Shown: positions 49,658 to 58,978, counted from the first letter of the stretch. The stretch: DNA of 64,000 bases from Ignavibacteriota bacterium (GCA_963727825.1 CAVSHO010000001.1:32001-96000); one strand, 5' to 3'. The notes: a model not told the origin generated them from the letters alone. Numbers and translations: made by a program.

Positions 49658-51213
49658 TGAATCTCCGCAAACAATTACTCACATGGTTGCCCACTTTCAC
49701 CGTGATCGCCATATTCCTAATCTATCTACGCACTTTGCTACCCGGGATTGGATACTCAGGCGATACATCAAAATTTCAATTCGTGGGCAAGGTTCTTGGC
49801 ACACCTCATGAACCGGGTTCGCCGACTTACGTTATGCTCAATTTTCTTTTCGTGAACATATTCCCAATCGGTACGACAGCTTTCAAGGCAAATCTGTTTT
49901 CAGCAATAACCTCAATGCTTTGCCTGTGGGTTCTCTCGCGTTCCCTGATTTTACTCGGTGTGCGTCCTTTCATCGCCGCTTGTACAGTCGCAATTTTTGG
50001 GTTCACATACACCTTCTGGTCGCAATCGGTAATCGCCGAAGTGTATTCGTTATGCATACTCTTCATCGCGATTACTCTGTATTACTTCATTCGGTGGCAC
50101 CTCTTTGGGGAGTATAGATATTTCCTATTCGCTTGTGCGTTCTATTCCTTTTCTTTTGGTGATCATCTCATCGTCGTGACATTGTTTCCTGCAATATTCT
50201 TTTTAGTTTTGGCAACAAGGAGGGATTATTTCACTAAGCCGCGGATCATTGTGCACGTGACTATCTTGATTCTTCTAGGAGCGCTCCAATATGGTTATCT
50301 GTTTTGGAGAACATATGCCCATGACACGTCCTATCTCGAAATTGCAGTTACAAATCTCAACGATCTCTGGCGCTATGCAAGTGGAGGGCAATTCCATGAT
50401 AAATTGATGGATGGAGGCCTGAACAAAGCTTTCTTTATTCGGATGCCTATAATGGTTCGCCTAGCGTGGCTTGAATATTCTGTGTTCTTACCTTTTGCCA
50501 TTCTAAGTTTTTTCGTCATTCGTGATACTTCGTTGAGAGTATTTCTCGTACTATGTGCAGCAGGAACATTTGTGTTTACATGCATATATGGAATTCCGGA
50601 CATATATGTTTATATGATTCCAGTGTACTATATCTTGGCATTAGCTCTTGGGATTGGCTTGGAATGGCTTGCCAGCTGCTGCACGCGGCGCTCCTTGATT
50701 CTTTTTCAGCTCTCTCTTGTTTGCATGCCCTGCCTCTTCCTGTCTGTCAACTATCAAAAGGCGGATCAAAGCAGCAATGTGAGCGCGAAGGAGTTCGTTG
50801 AACGCTCGCTCAAGTCTATTGGCAGAAAGTCGCTCATCGTCTGTCCAAAATATGATTGGGGAGAAAATTTTTGGTATTATATTTTTGCAGAAGGATATCA
50901 GCAAGACAGCATCTATGCTTTTTACCCGCATGATACTGAAGTGCCGGTCGAATCGCTGGAATCGTACATCAACGACGGTAAACCGCTTTATTTACCTGTC
51001 CAGCGCTGTTACACTCCCGCCGGACTGACAGTATATTTCTGTACTTCCTCCGAAGAACGTGATTTCGATGATTCTCGCGCGCGATACCCATCCATTAAGA
51101 CTATTCTTCCCTTTTCTATAAGTGATCCTTCTATGGAGCGTATGATAAATAACGGTTTCCGATTTACACAAATAGGAATTGGTATGTACAGAATAGATAA
51201 ACCTTCACTTTGA
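49657..51213 (+). CDS. DUF2723 / TMEM260-like membrane glycosyltransferase
   Basis: YLRTL.PG....GD...FQ.....LG.PH.PG.P.Y, NLFSA, FWSQS.IAEVY, H motifs. Confidence 0.85.
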   Translation: MNLRKQLLTWLPTFTVIAIFLIYLRTLLPGIGYSGDTSKFQFVGKVLGTPHEPGSPTYVMLNFLFVNIFPIGTTAFKANLFSAITSMLCLWVLSRSLILLGVRPFIAACTVAIFGFTYTFWSQSVIAEVYSLCILFIAITLYYFIRWHLFGEYRYFLFACAFYSFSFGDHLIVVTLFPAIFFLVLATRRDYFTKPRIIVHVTILILLGALQYGYLFWRTYAHDTSYLEIAVTNLNDLWRYASGGQFHDKLMDGGLNKAFFIRMPIMVRLAWLEYSVFLPFAILSFFVIRDTSLRVFLVLCAAGTFVFTCIYGIPDIYVYMIPVYYILALALGIGLEWLASCCTRRSLILFQLSLVCMPCLFLSVNYQKADQSSNVSAKEFVERSLKSIGRKSLIVCPKYDWGENFWYYIFAEGYQQDSIYAFYPHDTEVPVESLESYINDGKPLYLPVQRCYTPAGLTVYFCTSSEERDFDDSRARYPSIKTILPFSISDPSMERMINNGFRFTQIGIGMYRIDKPSL

Positions 51214-51234
51214 AATTCCTTCCTGCTAAGCATT

Positions 51235-51266
51235 CAATGGGGTACGCCTCAACTAAAACCCCATTG
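51235..51266. terminator. Hairpin between convergent genes
   Basis: CAATGGGGT (51235-51243) / ACCCCATTG (51258-51266). Confidence 0.45.
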
Positions 51267-51292
51267 GGGGCGATGTTGAGATGTTTGCATAA

Positions 51293-52522
51293 CTATTTCT
51301 TTCTTTTGTGTAAAATTATATTCCAATTCGGATTTATTGGAATGCTTACACTATCTTTTGTTCCGATTAAGCTGCTGTTATATTTCCAATTATAGTCTAT
51401 CATTTTTGTTCGTATTCCAATTGAAATAGATGAACAAGGTATAAGGAGCAGTAATGATATAATAAATATATTTTTCCAGATTCCTTGTTGATTTAAACAA
51501 AGTATTAAAGACCACGCGACCATTACATGAGGTAAATAATAATATCTGCCGGATATTGTCGTGACGAATGGAGAGAAATTGTACCTAGCTATGAGAGCTA
51601 TCAGTACTATTACTGATACGGTTAAAAACATAAATACTATCTTTAATATTCGTTTATCCTTTGAAGATTTTAGATAGGACAGGTAGAGAAGAATAGAATA
51701 AAAAGCTAACGCGCCGACGCTTATTATTAGTGCATTACTTTTCATCATAGATCTTCCAAAAAACAGTCCGCTGAACATCCTTCTTCCAAATATAGAAATG
51801 TAAACGTCTAAATTGAACATGTTACCCTCTTGCAAAATTTCTGTGCTCGGAACGATGAAGGAGAGTTGAATCAATAGCATGCAAAACGCTGTAACGAGCA
51901 AGGTATATCCATATATCTTTTTTGTATGTAATAATTTCCACACGAGAAAGGGGAATATAATAATCAGAAATGGACCTGTTAATCCTGCAAATATGATTAT
52001 AATAAAATCAGATATTACTTGAAGAGTGTAATTTCCGTATTTTTTATTAGGGGCGTCTTTTAGTAACGTCAATACGAGCAATAAACACAATATCCATTGG
52101 AGATTTGTTACGTTGAGAAAGACCTCATTCAATACTTGTGGAACAATTACAATTGAAAGAGCTAAGAGTGGTTTAAATGGTAATGGCAGTCTTGGTGAAA
52201 AACAATGAGCGATTACTATAATAGTAATTAACAGACACGTATAATTGTAAACTGCCGGTATGTTAGCATATGAAAAGAACAAGTCGGCAAATACTGCTAT
52301 AAGTCTTGGAACAATATGAAGATAGCCGGCATATGGAGTAAATATGGACGCGGCACCATATTCATATTGTTGAGCGAAGAAGATCGTTCCGTCTTCTGCC
52401 CAAAACTGAGGATTAATCAAAGAATCCGATTTTCGAACTATGAGTATAAGTATTGCAAGTACTATAAAGGCAATATTTTTATAATTTATAAACCTATTTT
52501 GTGCGACATGTCTTGTATCCAT
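51293..52522 (-). CDS. Multi-TM putative GT-C glycosyltransferase (FWAEDG type)
   Basis: R.......PQFWAEDG..F..Q, PYAGYLH..PRL.A, E.F.N.TN.QW, GL.GP, GRY.Y.P motifs; AT-rich. Confidence 0.68.
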   Translation of the reverse strand: MDTRHVAQNRFINYKNIAFIVLAILILIVRKSDSLINPQFWAEDGTIFFAQQYEYGAASIFTPYAGYLHIVPRLIAVFADLFFSYANIPAVYNYTCLLITIIVIAHCFSPRLPLPFKPLLALSIVIVPQVLNEVFLNVTNLQWILCLLLVLTLLKDAPNKKYGNYTLQVISDFIIIIFAGLTGPFLIIIFPFLVWKLLHTKKIYGYTLLVTAFCMLLIQLSFIVPSTEILQEGNMFNLDVYISIFGRRMFSGLFFGRSMMKSNALIISVGALAFYSILLYLSYLKSSKDKRILKIVFMFLTVSVIVLIALIARYNFSPFVTTISGRYYYLPHVMVAWSLILCLNQQGIWKNIFIISLLLLIPCSSISIGIRTKMIDYNWKYNSSLIGTKDSVSIPINPNWNIILHKRKK

Positions 52523-52691
52523 GCAAGGTCTTCGATTCGATGGAACAAAAATACTGCTGTTTGTTTCCTATTTGAACAAAATCTTTCATTTCTCTATTTC
52601 TATTAAGCATTCATTATAACGATTGTAGTGTATTAGCCCCAATTAATCAAGTATTAAAAAATTTCGGTAGAGTCTCAATTCAATATAGTTG

Positions 52692-52790
52692 GTTAGTGAT
52701 GTCAGTCCCGCCGGCCTGCTGCGGGCAGGCAAAGCGGGATTCCTGACATTCAACGGTATCGGTCAGGACGTAACTCCTGACCGCACTAAC
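52692..52790. repeat. Nested palindromic element (REP-doublet/REPIN-like, or structured RNA)
   Basis: Pairings: GTTAGTG/CACTAAC, ATGTCAG/CTGACAT, TCCCGC/GCGGGA, GCCTGC/GCAGGC, CGGTCAGGA/TCCTGACCG. Confidence 0.7.
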
Positions 52791-52874
52791 TATTATATCC
52801 GTAGGTTCATCTGCTTCCTATCTGGGGTAATTCAATTTCTGAAACAATTGCCATTAGAGGGTGGACATTCATCT

Positions 52875-52901
52875 GGAACTATCTATCTCCAGTGTCGTCT
52901 A
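52875..52901 (+). promoter_or_regulatory. Possible ECF-sigma promoter
   Basis: GGAAC-N16-CGTCTA upstream of the PDZ protein gene. Confidence 0.5.
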
Positions 52902-52953
52902 TAAAATTGAACCCATAGATCAATCAACATTTCAATAAAAGGAAAAGACAGCC

Positions 52954-53949
52954 ATGAAAACAATTTTACAAGTTATCGCATGCTTTGCAATAGCGCTTTT
53001 TCTTTCAACTAGTACGGTATTGAGTGCCAGTGGCAAACTCCCGGGTGAGACCCAAAAGAAAGAAAGAATAAAAAGCTCCGGGTGGATGGGAGTCATGATT
53101 CAGGATGTAAGCGAAAATATTGCGCGAAAGGCAAAGCTCGACTCCGAAGAAGGCGCATACGTAAAGGATGTAATTGAAGACAGCCCAGCAGACTCCGCCG
53201 GAATTCGAGAGCGTGATATCATAATTGAGTTTAATGGAAAAAAAATATTTGATTCAGATGATTTAACGAAAATAGTACATCGAACTTTACCGGGAACGAA
53301 AGCAGACATTGTTATTGTCCGTGATGGTCAAAAGAAAACACTTGCATTAACTGTCGGCAAGAAAAAAGAATCAAAACATGAGATGTTTGGCGCGCTTCCC
53401 AATGTACCTGATGTGCATGTTTTTGTAGGAAATCGCATCCTTGGACTGCAGCTTCTCACTCTCAATGAGCAGCTTGGTGAATATTTCGGTGTGCCGAATA
53501 ATGAAGGAGTGTTAGTAGAGAAAGTGGAAAGTGAAAGCGCTGCAGATAAAGCAGGCTTTAAAGCCGGTGATGTTATTATCCGGGTTGGAAATAAAGCAGT
53601 AGGCGAAGCGGAAAAAATTCAAAGGGAACTTCGTAAATATGATGAAGGCGATAAAGTAGACTTTGAAATTATGCGAAAGGGAGTAAAAAAAGTATTGAGT
53701 GTAGAGATGGAAGAAGAGCAAATTGTTCCGCCAAACTTCTTTTTCCGAAAGCCACACTTTCAGATGTTCCGAATAAATCCATTCGGTGAGGAAGAAATGC
53801 ATTTGGATATAGATGAACTTAGGTCTAACTTAAATCAAGTACAAATCGAGCTTAGGAATTCGATAAAAGATGATAAAATAATAAGCCATGAAATTCAAAG
53901 ACCTGGAAGATGGTTTTTACTACCATCAACTGAATCAATAATATTATGA
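52954..53949 (+). CDS. Secreted protein with two PDZ domains (no protease domain)
   Basis: Signal peptide; GWMGV.IQ...GAYV..V..DSPA..AG....D.I and LGL......L..YFG.....GVLV..V...S.A.KAG.KAGDVI. Confidence 0.87.
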   Translation: MKTILQVIACFAIALFLSTSTVLSASGKLPGETQKKERIKSSGWMGVMIQDVSENIARKAKLDSEEGAYVKDVIEDSPADSAGIRERDIIIEFNGKKIFDSDDLTKIVHRTLPGTKADIVIVRDGQKKTLALTVGKKKESKHEMFGALPNVPDVHVFVGNRILGLQLLTLNEQLGEYFGVPNNEGVLVEKVESESAADKAGFKAGDVIIRVGNKAVGEAEKIQRELRKYDEGDKVDFEIMRKGVKKVLSVEMEEEQIVPPNFFFRKPHFQMFRINPFGEEEMHLDIDELRSNLNQVQIELRNSIKDDKIISHEIQRPGRWFLLPSTESIIL

Positions 53950-53981
53950 CCCCTTCCATATTTTTTATGCCTTAAAATGAT

Positions 53982-54018
53982 AATCCGGTGTGCCAATAAT
54001 GGTAGCCGGATTTCTTTT
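53982..54018 (+). terminator. Rho-independent terminator
   Basis: AATCCGG-tg-TGCCA-ataa-TGGTA-g-CCGGATT followed by TCTTTT. Confidence 0.7.
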
Positions 54019-54035
54019 ATTGTTCGTCAAGCGTC

Positions 54036-54064
54036 TTGCCAATCTCCGAACCATAACGTACCTT
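54036..54064 (+). promoter_or_regulatory. sigma70-type promoter for the two-component pair
   Basis: TTGCCA, 17 bp, TACCTT. Confidence 0.45.
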
Positions 54065-54076
54065 TCATCGTGAACT

Positions 54077-55492
54077 ATGCCTGAAGCGTCTTTTCTTTTT
54101 TCTCAATATGGGCATGTTGTTGATTTGCTGCCCGAGATGGTGCTAATCCTGGATGATGAAAACAGGGTTCTCGACGCCAACAAAATAGCCGTCGATGAGC
54201 TGGGAGTGATTGTCCGACCATCGCATCCAAAATATGTCTTCGATATAATTCCTGAAGATGAACGTACTGTTTTTAGAAACTTGTTTCCGTTTACCGACCA
54301 ATTGAAATTTGAAACTAAATTTCGTAGGCGAGATAGATCGGTAATCGATGTTAGGGGGATGGTGCGGATCTTGCATTCGGGTCAAACGAAATACTGGGTG
54401 CTGGTGATGCGCGATGTAACAAAAGAAAAGCGGAAAGAACTAGATTTACTTCGTTTCTCCAATGTCATCCACAATACAATTAATCCTATACAGATCAGCG
54501 ATGCAAATGGAACAATGGTGTATGTCAATCCGGCTTTTGAAAAAGTGACCGGTTATAGCAATACAGAATTGATAGGAAAGAATCCCAATATCTTAAACAG
54601 CCGTAAGCATAGCAAAGAATTTTGGTCTGGAGTATGGAAGCATATTATTTCGGGCAAAGTTTGGATAGGTAGAATTGAAAACCGGCGGAAAGATGGGAGT
54701 CCATTTTTCACAGAGCTTGTCATTTCGCCGATCGTTGATTCGCATGGCAAAATCGCGGGTTATCTTGGTGCGCACCGGGATATCACAGAACAAATTATTT
54801 TGGAGCAACAGCTTGTTCGTTCACAACGTATGGAAAGTATCGGCACTCTCGCAGCCGGTATTGCGCACGAAGTTGGTAACCCGCTAACAGCTATTTCATC
54901 GCTAGTACAAGTCCTTCAGCGTACAAGCGTAGATGAATTTGCCAAAGAGAAATTAGAGTTAATCAATAGTCAAGTGAATCGTATTACCCGGATCATTCGT
55001 GAACTTGTAGATTTTTCGCGTCCATCAACGCACGTTGTGAAACCGACGAATATCAACCGAATTGTCAAAGAAGCGCTGAACATTGTTCAGTATGGGAAAA
55101 AAGTTAAGGATATTACTTTTACTCTCGAATTGGATGAACAGCTTCCTGAGATTGCCGCAGTGCCAGATCAAATCGTTCAGGTTTTTATCAACATTCTAAT
55201 GAATGCCGTGGATGCATTGGATGAACGCCGTGGTACGATCACTGTTCGCAGTTGTAAGAACGATCATGCGGTTGAAGTGATAGTGCAAGATACAGGAAAA
55301 GGAATTGAGTCTTCAGCATTGGAAAAAATCTTCGAACCGTTCTATACTACAAAAACTACGGGCCAAGGCACGGGGCTTGGGTTATGGGTGAGTTACGGTA
55401 TCGTAAAAAGTTTTGGCGGCGATGTGTTTGTGGAAAGTATTCCCGAAAAGGGAAGCACCTTCACCGTCTCGTTTCCCTGGAAAGGTATCTAA
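54077..55492 (+). CDS. Cytoplasmic PAS-PAS histidine kinase (NtrB/AtoS-like)
   Basis: No TM; two PAS domains, the second NifL-like (YVN.AF..VTGY...E.IG.N..IL, W.G.I.NRRKDG, YLG.HRDIT); AHEVGNPL H-box; N, G1, F and G2 boxes. Confidence 0.93.
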   Translation: MPEASFLFSQYGHVVDLLPEMVLILDDENRVLDANKIAVDELGVIVRPSHPKYVFDIIPEDERTVFRNLFPFTDQLKFETKFRRRDRSVIDVRGMVRILHSGQTKYWVLVMRDVTKEKRKELDLLRFSNVIHNTINPIQISDANGTMVYVNPAFEKVTGYSNTELIGKNPNILNSRKHSKEFWSGVWKHIISGKVWIGRIENRRKDGSPFFTELVISPIVDSHGKIAGYLGAHRDITEQIILEQQLVRSQRMESIGTLAAGIAHEVGNPLTAISSLVQVLQRTSVDEFAKEKLELINSQVNRITRIIRELVDFSRPSTHVVKPTNINRIVKEALNIVQYGKKVKDITFTLELDEQLPEIAAVPDQIVQVFINILMNAVDALDERRGTITVRSCKNDHAVEVIVQDTGKGIESSALEKIFEPFYTTKTTGQGTGLGLWVSYGIVKSFGGDVFVESIPEKGSTFTVSFPWKGI

Positions 55493-56853
55493 TGGCGCAA
55501 CGTATATTAGTGGTTGATGATGAACAAATAATACGTGAATCCCTCTCGTTCATTTTAAAGAAAGAAGGATATAATGTTGAAGAAGCGGCAAACGGTAAAG
55601 ACGCATTAACGAAACATGAAGCAAATCTATTCGATATCATCATCACCGATATTGAAATGCCTGAAATGAAAGGAGTCGATTTGCTGAAGCAAATTCGTCA
55701 GCGGACGCCACAAACATTGGTTGTTATTATTACGGCATTTGGATCTGTCGAGACGGCAGTGCTTGCACTGCGCGAAGGCGCCGCGGATTATATTTTAAAG
55801 CCGGTTAACTTTGATGATCTGTTATACCGTGTGAAGAAGCTTTGCGATTACCATGCACTGATTGTCGAAAATTCTCTCTTACGTCGAGAACTTCAGCGCA
55901 CCTATGATTTCGATCAAATTATAGGTCAAAGCACTCCGATGAAAAAAGTCTTCGAGGTAATTAAACGTGTTGCTCATAGCGAAGGTACTGTATTAATCAC
56001 CGGTAAAAGCGGTACTGGAAAAGAGATTGTTGCGCGAGCTATTCACTATAACAGTCCGCGACACGGAAAACGATTTTTACCTATCAATTGCGGTGCTATT
56101 GTTGACACATTGTTTGAAAGCGAGCTCTTCGGACACAAAAAGGGGTCTTTCACAGGTGCAACAGTAGACAAAGAGGGATTGTTGAAAGTTGCTGAAGGCG
56201 GCACGGTCTTCCTTGATGAAGTAAGTGAAATTCCAATTCAACTTCAGGTTAAATTGTTGCGTGCCCTTGAGCAAAGAGAAATTACACCTGTCGGCATGAC
56301 GGAACCAATTAAAATTGATGTTCGAATTATTGCCGCTACAAATCGAGATCTGCGCAAAGAGGTGGAGAATGGCAGGTTCCGCGACGATCTTTATTATCGT
56401 TTGAATGTTGTCGAAATCGATTTGCCGTCACTCAAGGAACGTCCTGACGATATTCCTATTCTTGCACAGCATTTTCTTGACATCTTTAAAAAGCAAATGA
56501 GCAAACCAATTCAGGGTTTTGCAAACGAAGCTATGCGTGCATTGCTTCAGTACCAATGGAAAGGCGAAGTACGTGAGTTAGAGAATGTCATAGAGCGCGC
56601 AGTCATCTTTTGCGATGAAGAATTTATCGGACTTGAACATCTTCCGGAATACATGAGACCTAAAGAAGATATTCCTTCAATTTCTTCCGGTCATGGGACA
56701 CTCAAGGATGCAGTTAAAAGTTTTGAACGGCAATTCATTCAACAGACGCTATCAGCTTGCGCACAGAACAAGGAAGCAGCTGCCAAAGTTTTAGGTGTTA
56801 GTCTTTCTTCGCTCTATCGCAAATTAGAAGAACTACAAATACCGGTGCGCTGA
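55492..56853 (+). CDS. sigma54-dependent response regulator (NtrC/AtoC family)
   Basis: REC (VVDDE, DIEMP), GKSGTGKE, ESELFGH.KGSFTGA, FLDE, RIIAATN, FR.DLYYRLNV, W.G.VREL.N, Fis HTH. True start MAQRIL at 55492 (TAATG overlap). Confidence 0.95.
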   Translation: MAQRILVVDDEQIIRESLSFILKKEGYNVEEAANGKDALTKHEANLFDIIITDIEMPEMKGVDLLKQIRQRTPQTLVVIITAFGSVETAVLALREGAADYILKPVNFDDLLYRVKKLCDYHALIVENSLLRRELQRTYDFDQIIGQSTPMKKVFEVIKRVAHSEGTVLITGKSGTGKEIVARAIHYNSPRHGKRFLPINCGAIVDTLFESELFGHKKGSFTGATVDKEGLLKVAEGGTVFLDEVSEIPIQLQVKLLRALEQREITPVGMTEPIKIDVRIIAATNRDLRKEVENGRFRDDLYYRLNVVEIDLPSLKERPDDIPILAQHFLDIFKKQMSKPIQGFANEAMRALLQYQWKGEVRELENVIERAVIFCDEEFIGLEHLPEYMRPKEDIPSISSGHGTLKDAVKSFERQFIQQTLSACAQNKEAAAKVLGVSLSSLYRKLEELQIPVR

Positions 56854-57028
56854 GTGGAATTTTCTATTTTTTCTCAAAAATATATTCATAAACGCCGGTT
56901 TATTTCTTCTGATTTGTAAGAAACCTGCGTAAAACGATTTCCTAAAACCTGCAAATTATGTAGAAATAGCAATGCTTACTTCGCACGATTAACCTTGATT
57001 TACTGAATCTTGTTGCCCTAATAATTAC

Positions 57029-57044
57029 TGGCACATTCCTTGCA
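57029..57044 (+). promoter_or_regulatory. sigma54 -24/-12 promoter
   Basis: TGGCAC-ATTCC-TTGCA, directly downstream of the sigma54 activator gene. Confidence 0.85.
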
Positions 57045-57085
57045 AAATATTTGTATAATTATCAATATTTACACGAGAGAAATAT

Positions 57086-57274
57086 ATGAAGTTACGGTGG
57101 TTTATTGTGGGAATCGTTGCCGTTGCAGCAGGTAGCATATTTATGATTAAACATTTAGTGGATAACAAGAAGACAGTTCTTCCTTTCGTTGATAACAACA
57201 ATGAAAAGAGTTATGGCAAGTTCCCGCGTGAAATTCTTGAAACAGAATTTGATGACGCAGATTATTTAACATAA
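57086..57274 (+). CDS. Small single-TM protein
   Basis: 62 aa, N-terminal hydrophobic helix, acidic tail; first ORF after the sigma54 promoter. Confidence 0.55.
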   Translation: MKLRWFIVGIVAVAAGSIFMIKHLVDNKKTVLPFVDNNNEKSYGKFPREILETEFDDADYLT

Positions 57275-57313
57275 CTCCGATATATAGGGCATCGAATAAG
57301 AGACGACTTTACC

Positions 57314-57736
57314 ATGTCCAATCAGACTGGTATTATTTCGCAAGAAAAACCAAAGGTGGTAGTAGATTCTACCGTCTCCCGGAAGCGTGTGCTCGTTTTT
57401 AGCCCCGATGCGGATTTGGCACGATTTCTTCTACTGAATCTCGAAGACAAGTTCCAGATTATACGCGAAAACCGATTGGAACACTTTAAACAAGCAGTCA
57501 AAGAAACTTTGCCAGATTTGATATTAGTCGATCTTTTCGCGTTTTCTACTGATATAATCAAGCAACTCGACATTGTACGCCGGATGGCAGGAATAGTTCC
57601 AATCATCGCATTACGCGCATATATGTCTCTTACACCTGAGATGAACAAATCAATTGATGATCTTACAAATGCGGTTTTTTATAAACCGGTCGACGTAGAA
57701 CTTATTACGCAGGCCATTGAAGATTTGTTGAAATAG
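57314..57736 (+). CDS. Degenerate receiver (REC)-like protein
   Basis: PDLILVD, PIIAL and FYKPVD are present, but the acidic pocket reads VFSPD instead of V(D/E)D. Confidence 0.65.
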   Translation: MSNQTGIISQEKPKVVVDSTVSRKRVLVFSPDADLARFLLLNLEDKFQIIRENRLEHFKQAVKETLPDLILVDLFAFSTDIIKQLDIVRRMAGIVPIIALRAYMSLTPEMNKSIDDLTNAVFYKPVDVELITQAIEDLLK

Positions 57737-57850
57737 ATATATTATATATGTGTTCCAAGGTGACGATTGAATAATTGCAGGATTTTTGAGATCATAGTAT
57801 TTGTACTAACTTATCTTATATTCTCATAAAGCAATCTTGTAGGTATCCAC

Positions 57851-58978
57851 GTGAAAACTTATATTTTTGAACGCAGTGAACTTGATCATCTGGTTGAAAT
57901 TCTAAAAAGTCGTAACTATAAAGTCATTGGACCCGTCATTCGCGATGACGCAATAATTTACGATGAGTTGACAAATACAAAAGACCTTCCCATCGGCTGG
58001 ACAGATGAACAGACAAATGGCATGTACCGATTGAAAAATCGTGATGATGCCGCTGTGTTTGGCTGGACGGTTGGTCCACAGTCATGGAAGAAATTTCTTT
58101 TCCCGCCAATTCAAAAAATCTTTGCAACCCATAAAAGTACTAAAGGACTTGATCTCCCGAATTCGAAGAAACAACCATCACAAGAGTTGACAGCTACAAA
58201 ATATGCTTTTTTGGGTGTTCGCCCCTGCGATTTAAGCGCGATCGCTATTCAAGATAAAGTATTTCTTGGTGGGCCTTTTATTGATCCGGTCTATGAACGA
58301 AAACGTTCTGGGAATTTTATTGTAACGGTAAATTGCGGAAAAGCAGGCGGAACCTGTTTTTGCGCATCGATGGGCACTGGACCAAAAGCCGTAAAAGGAT
58401 TTGATCTTGCACTGACCGAAATATTAGACAACAAGCGCCATTACTTTATTGCAGAAGTGGGGACTGAACTGGGTGGGGATGTTCTCAAGAGCGTGAAGTG
58501 TGTAAAGGCAACCGAAGAAAACATTGTAGCAGTCAACGAGATCTGCGAGAAGACCGTGAAACAAATGGGACGTTCACTCGATACATCCAATTTAAAAACT
58601 ATTCTATATCAAAATTCCGAACACCCGCGGTGGGAACGAACTGCAGCGCGATGCCTTACCTGTGCTAATTGCACAATGGTTTGCCCAACCTGTTTCTGCG
58701 TTACTATAGAAGATGTGACTGATCTTGCAGGCACGCAGGCAGATCGTGTGCGAAAATGGGATTCCTGCTTCACACTCGACTTTTCATATATCCATGGTGG
58801 AAGTGTGCGTGCCTCTGCAAAAGCACGCTACCGGCAATGGATGACACACAAACTGGCATCGTGGATAGATCAGTTCGGAACATCTGGCTGTGTCGGATGC
58901 GGCCGCTGTATTACGTGGTGTCCAGTCGGTATAGATATTACAGAAGAAACACGCGCAATTCGCGAAAATCAGTCGTAA
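57851..58978 (+). CDS. Group 3b [NiFe]-hydrogenase (sulfhydrogenase) beta subunit, 4Fe-4S
   Basis: [53 protein letters not shown] motifs; GTG start. Confidence 0.92.
   Translation: MKTYIFERSELDHLVEILKSRNYKVIGPVIRDDAIIYDELTNTKDLPIGWTDEQTNGMYRLKNRDDAAVFGWTVGPQSWKKFLFPPIQKIFATHKSTKGLDLPNSKKQPSQELTATKYAFLGVRPCDLSAIAIQDKVFLGGPFIDPVYERKRSGNFIVTVNCGKAGGTCFCASMGTGPKAVKGFDLALTEILDNKRHYFIAEVGTELGGDVLKSVKCVKATEENIVAVNEICEKTVKQMGRSLDTSNLKTILYQNSEHPRWERTAARCLTCANCTMVCPTCFCVTIEDVTDLAGTQADRVRKWDSCFTLDFSYIHGGSVRASAKARYRQWMTHKLASWIDQFGTSGCVGCGRCITWCPVGIDITEETRAIRENQS

Noticed and set aside
52689-52904. 71-aa ORF from the ORF track
   Set aside because: It overlaps the palindromic element and promoter, has a TTG start without an RBS, and has no protein-like features.
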